Below, piece after piece: positions 12,758-23,355 of a stretch of 64,000 bases of DNA. The stretch's first letter is position 1. The number at the start of each line of letters is the position of its first letter. Position numbers and translations under genes: made by a program. Under the pieces are notes generated by a model that saw nothing but the letters and a program-made list of their open reading frames with translations, ran no database searches and was not told where the DNA came from. The stretch is from Antedon mediterranea (lineage: Eukaryota; Animalia; Echinodermata). The stretch covers positions 13,674,948-13,738,947 of the forward strand of contig NC_092673.1 in the NCBI RefSeq assembly GCF_964355755.1. Reading direction: 5' to 3'.

Positions 12758-14624
12758 CACAGCAATAAACGCTCATTGGAGCTCGATGATGTGTTATGTT
12801 TTTTTTTTAGGTATTTGCTGCCAGCTGTGTCCTGTGTTTTCGCAGCGCAGAGAGAACACAATTTCAAGAGCAACATGAATATTTCATGTGATATGCGCTG
12901 CGATAGCCCAGGACATACAGCCAAGTTTGGCACGTATACCACAATTGATGCAGACACCCATAAAGTAATCCACATTGAAGTGGTCCAAGTAAGTCGTCAA
13001 GTCAAATTTTCTCCATCTTCATTGTACCATAATACTTTACCTGTACTGTGCTTATAACAATGTTGGACATGCCACCTCCTAAATTATTGGTAATAACTTT
13101 TTAACTGAATTTGTTTTACAGAAAGATGAATGTTCGAATTCACCAGCAATGGAACTGGAGGGGCTGAAAAGAACATTGATGGTTTTAAAAGGTTACGGAG
13201 TTACCGTGGAAAGAATTGTTTCCGACAGACATAGTAGTGTAGCTGCCTACCTCAAAAATTCCATGCAGAATATAATACTCTACTTTGATGTGTGGCATGT
13301 TGCTAAAGGCAAGTATTTAACTACTTCAATTCATCACCTTTGCTGGACCAGCACTAATATGGTTATTATTATAAAATTATACACTCAACTGTTCAGTACA
13401 GTTGTCCATTTAATTGCCAACAATATTTTTGATTTTTTTAAAAATAAAAAGCGTGTATACTATTTGAAGATGTTTAATATGATCAAACTGCTTAGTTAAA
13501 TAAATATAAAAACTGTATTTTCTTAAATTGACATGCAGGTGTAAAAAAACAATGTCTGAAGGGTGTAAAGCTTAAAGACTGTGACCAGATAACAAAATGG
13601 ATCAAATCTATTGTAACTATGATTTATTGGATTGCGTCAACTACACCCGAGACTAAAGATTTGAGTTACGACAAGGAACTAAGAGTCCAAAAATTTAAAA
13701 GCATATACAATCATGTAAGAGGGATACATGAACATGAAACTCCCTTGTATCCCAAATGCATGCATGGTGAACTGGAAGAACAGGATTACATTCTCCCAAG
13801 TAAGTATCTCATGTGTATAATTAAGTAGTAACCAATCTCAATCAAGGTGAAAATTGCACACTGACAAACGAACATTTTACAATTTTATAATGTTTACTGT
13901 AATGTCTAAACACATGATTTGTTATTATCTCGAATACAGGCTCTAAAGCTGAGGATTCTGAATTCTTCATATCTTTTAAAATCAGTTCAACAGTTATCAC
14001 CTACTATCCAGACATATTCTAACGAATCATTCCATCAAGTTATCAATCACTTCGCTCCAAAAATGCATCCATACCGTTTCAAGGGAATGATTGCAAGGTA
14101 GTATTATACATCTTCCCAAAACAAGCTAAAAAATGAAACAAACAAAAATTACTCGAGTCATTGGAATGGTGAAAGACAAACAAATTTTGTTACTATTTTC
14201 AGAACGTACATTGCTGCACTGCATTGTAATGAGAATGCCAGCAAGAAAATAAAAAAGGCGAGAAAGAGTATTCATTGTGGTATTCTAGAGCCAAAAAAGA
14301 CTGGGTGGCAAAAAAACATTTAGTTAACCCCACTTTTGGTAAGATTGATTTATTTATTTAAAAAATATAACATAATTATATGTTTTCTGTAATCGAAAAG
14401 TCTTATTATTATTTATTTGGTTTTCCTTTCAGAATACGCAATTAACGTCATTGAAATGGCAATGTACATGGCAAAAACAAATACAAAAGAACTATATTAC
14501 ACACCAGAGATAATGTGTGACCCAGGCACTATTGCAGAGAAAATGCCAAAACCTGACAAAAATGAGTTTGTAGCCCAGTTACTAAGCAGATTTAAACCTA
14601 CAACATAATGAATTGGAGTCTACT

Positions 14625-17600
14625 TTATCTATCCAATGGTGGATATTTGAACCCTGTGTAATTGTTGGCTTCATCTGGGAAAACATCTCGTATTTTTTTC
14701 ATAACACAAGATGGCATTGGTATTCTTCGGTCCTTGCCAAGAAACCCCCAGCACCAACGTACAAATTGGCGGTATGCAGTATATCTGTATCGCCTGGAAA
14801 AATGTACAAACAAAAGAAAAATACATGTTATTGTGTTCAAATTATTTATTTATTTGTCTTGTAAGATTCCCGTCATGTACATTCCTCCAGTTGGAAATTA
14901 ATAGTAGATTGATATACATATGATATGATGTAATATATTTTTACTTTGCTTTTTACTTTTACTCTGTACAGTACCTTTCTATTGCACCTTCCACCACATG
15001 TTCTTGGTATTGCGAGACATACTGCCAATACGCAATTTGTAGTGTTGCTGGGTTTAAAATTGCAGGTTCGAACCATGGGTGTGTTGTTACGCACCCAGTG
15101 TGCTGAGGTCCCTCCTTATTTTTGTTGTTGATTTTTTCTACCTGTAACAAAATACAAAGAAAACATGTAAAAAATTAATTTAAAGCCAAAAAATAGTTGG
15201 TCCGAGTCAGATTTAATGGGTTTTTGGTTATATTAAGCCATTTATTTTGTCTTTTTATTTACTAAAACTGTAAAACGGCCTACTATACCGTACTATATTC
15301 GAAATTTGATTTTATATCTTCATTCTTCATGTGACAATGCAATTCTTGAATTTGTGTTTTTTCTGAAAATAATTAATTATTAGAAATTAATATTACATGT
15401 TGGCAACAGTATCTATTCTCCCATGTTTCTTCTTCCACACAGTTTCCACATTCACACCTATTTAAACAAAATCATAGATTACACATTAATGTGGCTCATT
15501 GTTTCCTACTTTCGCAACGTGTATAGTAGAGCCCTAAATATATACAGTAGATAATTAATATGATTTGTGAAAGTGTAGTTGCAGTAATTTTAATGTACTG
15601 CCTAATTTAATTAATTATGCCTACATTTAGTCATTACATAATAATAGGTTGTACTAGCATACTATTACTAGCCTAGACCTAATGTACAAAATGCTAATAT
15701 GGTGGACTGCCTCTCTGCTTAGCTAGCCTACCATACATACCTACTATACTAATCTACTCTGTAGTCTATTTTTTATATTCTAAAAGTAATTCTCCTACCT
15801 AGCCTAAAATAATACTAATAGTAGCCTACTACTAGGGGTGTGTAGAAAGCGACGACCTCGAATTGGACGACCCCAACGACCCGGGCGACCTCGAATTGAA
15901 CGACCCATAACACGAAACCGACGACCCTTATAGCCTAGCCTAGGCCTAAGTGTGGTATAACATCCCGAAGCCGAACATAGCCAAAGATCTTTAAACTATA
16001 CCTTATTATATAATACTCGCAAGCAAGCAATTGATTGAAAAAATACAGAAATATCGCCATTTGATACTGATTGTGTCGACACGAACAAACGAAAAGATAT
16101 GGAACGCCAAAAGTGCATCATTAAAACTGCATTCGACATATTAAAAATAAATTAAAAAGAAATAAATATTATACAATACATGGTTAAACCATGGACGTAT
16201 AATTACATCTCGTCTTCTTATAACGAACACTATAGGCCTACCAAGCAGCGTAACATGTGCATGGGGGGATATGACCGGTTGGGCCGCCGACAAGTTGAGC
16301 CGCCGGTAATTTCTATGAAACGGCCAGTGCGTCTTTTACGACATTTCGCGTAGTGATAGAGTGGTGTCCTAGTAGGCCCTACATAAGTTCATGGTCTTTA
16401 GGTTTATTGTGTCATGAAAATAAATAATAATTACATACTACAATTTTGTTGGTTTGAAACAGCAAAGGAAAGTAGTCATATTTAATAATTTAATTGTTTT
16501 TAATCTTTCAAGGTAAAAATGCAGTGCACTCCATAATATTTTTCTCGCGTGTATGCCTACCACGTAAAATCACGTTGTCTCTCAGGACTAATAGAGTATT
16601 GATATTCTTCGAATGAGGTTAAATAATTATTATTTTTTATTTACTATCTTTTAATATCATATTTTATTGAATTTTACAATGTTAATACACAAAATATTTT
16701 ACTAAAAAACGGTGATTTTATGCAATTATTTTACTTCAACTGCCGCCTGAGGGGGCAACATGTTTACGTCATTTTTGGCTAAAAACGATCATTTTCGGTC
16801 ATGTTTTAGGCCTTATATTTTGGAATCTACAAGTCAGATATTCATAATTATTTCTCTTTAATTATAATATTTAATAATATATACTAAAAACCGTGATATA
16901 TAAACTTTGGAATATACATCGTTATATCTAATAATTAATATAAATAGAACTTCTATTAAATAGAAACGAGCACCAGCGAAAGTAAGCATTTGACGTTTCA
17001 TAGAAAATAACGTTTTCTGGCGGCGCCTCAACTTGTCGGCGGCTCAACTTGGCCTAATCCTGCATGGGGAGGGCCATAAGAAAGCTTTACATTTCACACA
17101 TGCATTGTATACGGTCAAACCATGGAGGTATAAAAATATTTTTACCAAACCATGGAGCTGGTCAAACCATGGATATACCTCCATGGTCAAACCTTACCTG
17201 CTGCTGAAAAAGGGGCCTGGTTTGCCATGTTTATGATATTTCGTGTGCTAATCGAGTCGAATGCAGTTTTAATGATGCACTCTTGGCGTTCCATATCTGT
17301 TCGTTTGTTCGTGTCAACACATTCAGTATCAAATGGCGATATTTCTGTATTTTTTCAATCAATTGCTTGCTTGCGAGTATTATATAAGGTATGGTTTAAA
17401 GATCTTTGGTTATGTTCGGCTTCGGGATGTTATACCATACTTAGGCCTAGGCTAGGCTAGGCTATAGGGGTCGTCGGTTTCGTGTTATGGGTCGTCCAAT
17501 TCTAGGTCGTCCAATTCGAGGTCGCCCGGGTCGTTGGGGTCGTCCAATTCGAGGTCGTCGCTTTCTACACACCCCTACTACTAGGCCTGGTAATTATAAT

Positions 17601-18203
17601 AACTACAACTTCCTGATACTGATAGTACTAGTCTAACTAGCCAGGACTAGGCTAGGCTATATCATATATGAGCCTAGGCCTATAGTAGTAGTAGGACTAT
17701 TGAATATAGCCTAGGCCTCTAGCTCTATCTCTAATATAGCTAGGCCTAGTAGCAGGTGGACTATATTTATATAGGCCTAGCTAGGCCTAGGCCTCTGTAC
17801 TAGGATAGGCCTATGTTAGCTAGCCTAGGCCTAGTAGGCAGGACAGGGAGGCTTTATTTTCGCGTTGAGTACAAAGAGTGAAAAATCGAAAAGGTGGGAA
17901 CAGCAGTAACTCCAAAAGTAGGTCTAAAAAAACGGAGGGTCCCATCACATCTCTCTTACTTATCGCTTACCATTCTCGACCTTGCCTAACATGCATGTTA
18001 GGTGGAAGCCCAAACCGTTCGAATTCCCTGGCCCGATGAGCGTCAGGAGGTAGGCCTAGGCCTAACCGATCGTCTGCTGCGGGCCTTTGCAATGGTGGTA
18101 GACGTGGGTCATTATCGAACGGTCTTAAATTGTCAGGATTTACTGGTAATAAATCTTCTTCTATTTCTATATCCGCTACAAAATATTCCTCTTCACTATC
18201 CAT
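14625..18203 (-). CDS. KolX-like accessory protein; Cys-rich P2X7 cytoplasmic-ballast/nanor-like domain, 209 aa, 4 exons
   Basis: Exons 18203-17971, 15457-15397, 15141-14975 and 14793-14625 (630 nt, all GT-AG, phases compatible, no internal stop). Motifs WCECGNC..E.RYCC, CVTTHPWF..LN, RYRYTAYRQFVRWCWGFLGKDRRIPMPSCV..IR..FP..YTGF. Confidence 0.88.
15836..17574. mobile_element. Mutator(MULE)-type foldback element in KolX intron 1
   Basis: ~300-bp TIRs starting GGGTGTGTAGAAAGCGACGACC; 10-bp TSD CTACTACTAG (15826-15835, 17575-17584). Confidence 0.9.
16267..17060. mobile_element. MULE-type MITE nested in the foldback
   Basis: Imperfect TIRs GGAT..GCCGCCGACAAGTTGAG; 9-bp TSD TGCATGGGG (16258-16266, 17061-17069). 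Confidence 0.85.
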
Positions 18204-19219
18204 TCCAAAATAATGATAAAAATAAACTAAACACTCCTCCGTCGATAGTGGAAAAAAAATGGCGTCGGGGTTTCTCCATAGCGATCGTCGTGTAATTGAT
18301 ATTTTCACACATGCGCACTGTATCTACGTTTCTCCAGCTTCCCGGTGCAAAACGTTAGTCAATTTGCAGAAGATTGCCATAAGAACAGATTTTAAAACTC
18401 ATTTTAAAAAATAATCGGTTGACAAACAAACAAAAATTTTATCCGAAAACATTTAAAACATATTCATAAACAAAAATGTAAAGCGGATAAGCCAACGCTG
18501 TAATAGTATAGAGCCAATCTGCAAAAGTCTGTGAATGACGCATTCTCCTAATGCAAATTTTTCTTTTTGTGACGTCACAAAAAGATTTTTTGTCACCGAT
18601 TAGAGGGGGACCCAGACATCCATAATATTTAGCATGAAGGTCACTGACATGATTCTATGCGTACTTTCCGATAATGAAACTAACTCATTTTTTTTAACAT
18701 TGTTTCATATCCATTTTAAAACAAAGTTTTTGGGAAAAAAATGAAGATTGAGGGCGCTGTTCACACAAGTAAAAATACACTTTTTTGCCTGTATCTTATT
18801 TATTATAAAAAATGGCCACCATTTTTAATTATGCAAATTAAGGCCTTAGATGGCCGAATTTCGCTTGGGATCCGCCATATTCGTAATCAGCGAGGTCGAA
18901 ATATCCTAAATCAAGTGGATCCCAGCTTCTACCCAAAAATGCTTCTTACACCATATTTCAGAGGAAATAGAACTTGTCTATTAATACATATGTTCCTTAT
19001 GCTGCCTCACCAAGTTGTTATATAATTACAGTATATTGAATTTATAATAAATAAAAATTATTATTAAGGTAAGATATGTACTAAATTAATAAAATATTGA
19101 TTAAACTACTAAACTGTATTTGAAAATGACACATTCATACAGTATTTATAATTAACAAATGGTGTACAAAAATAAAATTAAAAAAACAAAGCTTATTGGT
19201 ATTTGAATTACTTTTTAAA

Positions 19220-21848
19220 TTAAATCGTGAGGTATGCTGCAATAGCATCTCTTATTTCAGATGCTGTTTCAGGTCGGTCATTAATTGGATCTTCATCGGG
19301 TTGAATCAAACCATGCTGCACCTCTTCATTTATTGTCACATCCACTGTGGGTTATACACATCTTTGTGAATTTCACAAAAGTTGTGCAACACACAGCAGG
19401 CTGCAACAATGTCACTTGAAAATATTGTGGAGGTGTCGTTGCGCTTAAGTAGTCGTCTCCATCGCCCTTTAAGTCTTCCAAAGGCGTTTTCCACTACAAC
19501 TCTGGCTGAACTTAATTGCCGGTTGAAATGACGTTGGAGTTAGGTTGTTGTTGTTGATGTAACCTTTCATCAACCATGGCTGCAACGGATATGCAGGATC
19601 GCCAATTAAACACACTGGGACATTCAACCCACTCAACTGCTTGTTTTTCTACAAACACAAAAGGGGAGATGACATATTATGTACTGTACAGTATCTAAAT
19701 TGCATTTCATGTAAAATAAAATGTTTTATGTATAGTAATATTCAAACATGTTTAAGAAACGTACCTCTGCACTGAAGAGTAGGCCATTGTTGTTGGCATC
19801 TAATTCAGGCAGAGCTGAGTGGGCAAAGACCCTAGCATCGTGTGTGCGACCTGGCCATCCTGCATATATATCAGCTGTTCAATTTTTATCAAGAATGGTG
19901 TGTGTGTGAAAGAATATCATTCAGTTACTGTTAAGGATACAGTATACCAGTTACAGTAACTTATAAATTAATTGTTATATGGTACCTATACTTATGGTCC
20001 ACAACGGCTTGAAGAATGATGCTGTACCATCCTTTCCTGTTGTGATAGTCCGCCTTGTTCTCTGATGGGCCGAGAACCGGAAGGTGGGTACCATCAAGGC
20101 GCCAGCACATTGTGGAAAACCTTTCTGTTCAAATCCACTGATGGTATCATCTAATCTCTGACCTGTATATTTGTAAATAAAAAAATGCCATTTGGTAAAT
20201 GATAAAATAAATAAGTTGTACAATATTGTACAAAAACATGGAAGATGAGGATTAAAAAAAAACTTTGAATAGGCCATTTTGCAGTTTCAATAAAGTTAAT
20301 CATTTTCGTAGAAAGAAAATACAAAATAATCGAATAAATTCAACAAAGAACTTCTAGTCAATTTGACTTTTTTTTTTTTAAATTACTGATTTTTATGATC
20401 CAAGTTTTTTTTCAAGGGAAAAATAACTATGTTGTATTTTTATAATAAAAAAAAAAAAAATTCGCATATACCCTTTGGCAGTGAAATATAGCGTTGAAGA
20501 AACTCTCTATTCTTTAAGGCAGCCACAACTTGATGTGCTATTGTACATAGCGTCGATATTCCTATTCCAAACATATTGGCCAGTGACCTGACAATTTAAA
20601 AAAAAGCATTTTGTTATAGTCAGGTAATATAGCTAATAACATTTTGAGTTATCAATTATGGTAATGGTGCAGAGTGAATTTTCATTATGCCTATCCATAT
20701 TACGGGCCATATTATAAGGGAAATTAAATCTTTTTTATAAGTTTTTGTTTTGTTTATATAGGCCTAGTAAACATAGTAAAAGCAAACTATTGACCCCTAA
20801 ACAGATGATGAAAATTGTAACAAAATGTTACAATTTCCTCACAAGCAAAAGCCCTTGGCATTTGCACGCATCGGCTATATCATTCATTTGTGACTCTAAC
20901 TTCTCGGTGTGTAGGTGCTACGTGTAATATGCTCACATATATGGCCTAGGCCTAGATTAAAAAGATATAGGAAATAATTCTGATATAGCCTTATATTTTT
21001 ATTGACTCATGTAATGGACATATATCTAATTCCAAGGTAGGAGTAAAAGAATTTAGAGAATGTAGGAGGCCTATATTTAGTTACAAAAAGGAGTGGGCTG
21101 ATCTCAGTAATTAATTATTTTTTATTTTATTTTATTTTATTCAATCGAAACCAACAGCGATAATTACCGCCACTAACAGGTTTGATACAAACAAAGCTAG
21201 GACTGTTTAAAGCACCTTGATTGGTCCTGATATTGATCAAGGGCTTCTCTCGTCCAGTGCCCACCTTGACCAATTTACTAATTGATTGATTGAAGGGAAT
21301 CTTTGTTATTCCTATGTATGCCATATAGTAGAATGAAATAAATTATTAATCACTAGAGAGATAGATACAATACAGTACCTATATTCAGTTGGCGTTGCCA
21401 ACCACCAAAGAGTAATTCCTACTCGTTCATGAAATGGGATTGATCGCCGGAAATTTGTGTCGCTCTTCTCTATCTCGGGCCTCAATAACTCGCATAAATT
21501 ATTAAATGTATCGCGACACATGCGGAAATGCGAACGAAAAATTTGATTATTATAATGATTGACTTCATAAGTCCAAAATAAACGTCCATACTCTCTGTTT
21601 CGAGCCCATAGGCCTCGCTCGATCGTTGAAGATCTGACGGTCGCCGCGATCAAGTGGGCCGTGATGGTTTGTTGCTGCAGCCTACAAAATCTCTCACAAC
21701 GACGGACGCGTCCTTTTCTGAAATTGGAATTGCTTTCATTTATAGAAAAACTTAACTGTTGATTGGCGTTGTTGATTTGTAATAAAAAAAGGTAATTATT
21801 TGATAACATGTGATTAATTAGTAAAATTGATTGATTTTGATGGTCCAT
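19220..21848 (-). pseudogene. PIF/Harbinger (HARBI1-like) DDE transposase, 5 exons, frameshifted
   Basis: FRSHFRMCRDTFNNLC..ITLWWLAT; SLANMFGIGIST; [27 protein letters not shown]; GWPGRTHDARVF; GDPAYPL; [27 protein letters not shown]. Confidence 0.92.
21140..21310 (-). mobile_element. Retroposon 3' fragment with (TAAAA)n tail inside a Harbinger intron
   Basis: Minus strand ends GTTTCGATTGAATAAAATAAAATAAAA; GC content is higher than in the surrounding intron. Confidence 0.4.
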
Positions 21849-21899
21849 CGTCGCGATGTAAACGAACAGAATAGAGGGCGGTATTTATATTTTTATTTA

Positions 21900-22022
21900 C
21901 AAAACTCCGGAGTTGCTAGGTTGGTGTGAAAGGGGTATCTCCGGAGTTTCTCGACGTTTCGAATGGTCATAAACCCCGGGGTGTCTCCGGAGACACTCCG
22001 GAGTTTTGGTGTGAAAGGGGTA
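21900..22022. repeat. Harbinger terminal/subterminal repeat
   Basis: Two copies of GGTGTGAAAGGGGTAT plus CTCCGGAG palindromes, immediately upstream of the transposase start. Confidence 0.75.
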
Positions 22023-22064
22023 TCAGCAAATACATTACATGTTCCAGTTTCCACAGACTGTGAA

Positions 22065-22790
22065 ATAAATAATAATAATAATAGTTCATTCTTATATAGC
22101 GCATATAAGCAAGCTCTCTCATAAGCAAGCGCTGAACATTATTACCCCAGTCATTTTATGATCAAACACCTATGGAAACATACTCCCATAAATATCATTC
22201 ATAAAAATAAGAAATAGTTACGGTCCAAGGACTGACCCTTGTGGAATTCCAATTTTGATTAGCTCAAAATCAGATTTATTACCATTACAAAACACAAATT
22301 GTTTTCTCCCTTTTAAGTAGTTTTCAAACCATTTAACTGATACTGTGTCAAAACCGTATTTGTTTAGTTTATATAATATTATATATCATGGTTTATTGTG
22401 TCAAAACATTTTGAAATATAGAGAAAACATGCACCTATCATTTCTGAATCATTTAAATATTCTAACCATTTATCAACAACCCTATGTAGGGATGTTATTG
22501 TTGAGTGGCCTTTTAAGAAGGCAAATTGATCAATGCTAATTAAGTTATGATTTACAAGATATTCAATAACCTGTAACTGTATCTCCTTTTCCATTATTTT
22601 TGCTATGTGGCCAATCACTGAGATTGGTCTATAGTTACACATATCGTTTTTAGCACCTTTATTTTTATAAATATGAGTAACTCTTGCTATTTTCCAGTCA
22701 TCTGGTATAATACCATTTATTAAACTTGAGTTAAATATTTGACATAAGGAATATGAGATTAAATGGAGCGGCTAAGCAGAGCATTTTGAA
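22065..22790 (-). mobile_element. LINE reverse-transcriptase fragment plus an L2-like 3' tail
   Basis: IPDDWKIARVT..NYRPISVI..Q.AF..HST..KCFDTINH..WFENYL..GIPQGSVLGP; adjacent GCGCTATATAAGAA(TAT)n tail at 22065-22105. Confidence 0.85.
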
Positions 22791-23355
22791 AAGGGAATCT
22801 GACTATCATCAATATTTATGGTATGTATTTATTTATTATAACAGTTCCATTGGTGATTTGAAATATTGATTTTGGAACAAGGGATATCATCAAGAAAACC
22901 ACAAGTACCGGTACAAGTTATAAACAATACTAGACAAATCTATAGTCTCTCAGTTGTGGATATTACCGTATATTTCGGTGTATAAGTCGCACCTGTGTAT
23001 AAGACGCACCTCCTAACTGAGAGTAAAATATCAGTATTTTTTATATCGTCGGTGTATAAGACGCACCTTATATTTCATCAAAACAATGTTTTTTAAAATT
23101 GTAATCAATATTATTGTAATAATATATTTTGTTATATCTGCAACGGCGTCCTTTATTTAGGTTTTTTCTTACCTAGGCTCGGCCGCGCCCAGCCTCAACA
23201 GCCGCAACATCGAGTGCATGACCATGTGTGTATACACGTACATGTGTGCTAGCCTCGCTTGATCATTTCGAGAGGGCGGACGTTTTCACGGACAATCGTA
23301 TTCGATTAGTATCCATGTATCTAAGAAGTGTATACGCTAGGTCCATGCTATAATC

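Larger units (their letters stand above)
9752..14608 (+). pseudogene. THAP-domain DDE transposase (Kolobok type), ~10 exons, disrupted
   Basis: Exons ~9752-10126, 11646-11673, 11935-12324, 12443-12530, 12811-12988, 13122-13308, 13539-13799, 13940-14097, 14203-14338, ~14433-14608. Motifs: THAP MPNACCI*GC..FP..W..ICTEHF; DMRCDSPGH; SDRH; FDVWH; ESFHQ..FAPK; AALHCNEN. In-frame TGA at 9773 and frameshift near 13950. Confidence 0.88.
8280..18715. mobile_element. Kolobok-superfamily DNA transposon with two convergent genes; left terminus deleted
   Basis: Right end TTTCATATCCATT|TTAA. Region 8300-8470 is homologous to the subterminal region of the 2155-5052 element. Carries a THAP-DDE transposase and a tail-to-tail Cys-rich accessory gene. 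Confidence 0.85.

Noticed and set aside
14625-14840. Host P2X7 purinoceptor gene
   Set aside because: Only the ballast-like domain is present; no transmembrane or ectodomain exons, and it lies inside a transposon.
8280-18715. KolobokP-type element with long terminal direct repeats
   Set aside because: No long direct repeats at the ends and no His-Me nuclease ORF seen; the architecture fits the transposase + KolX type.
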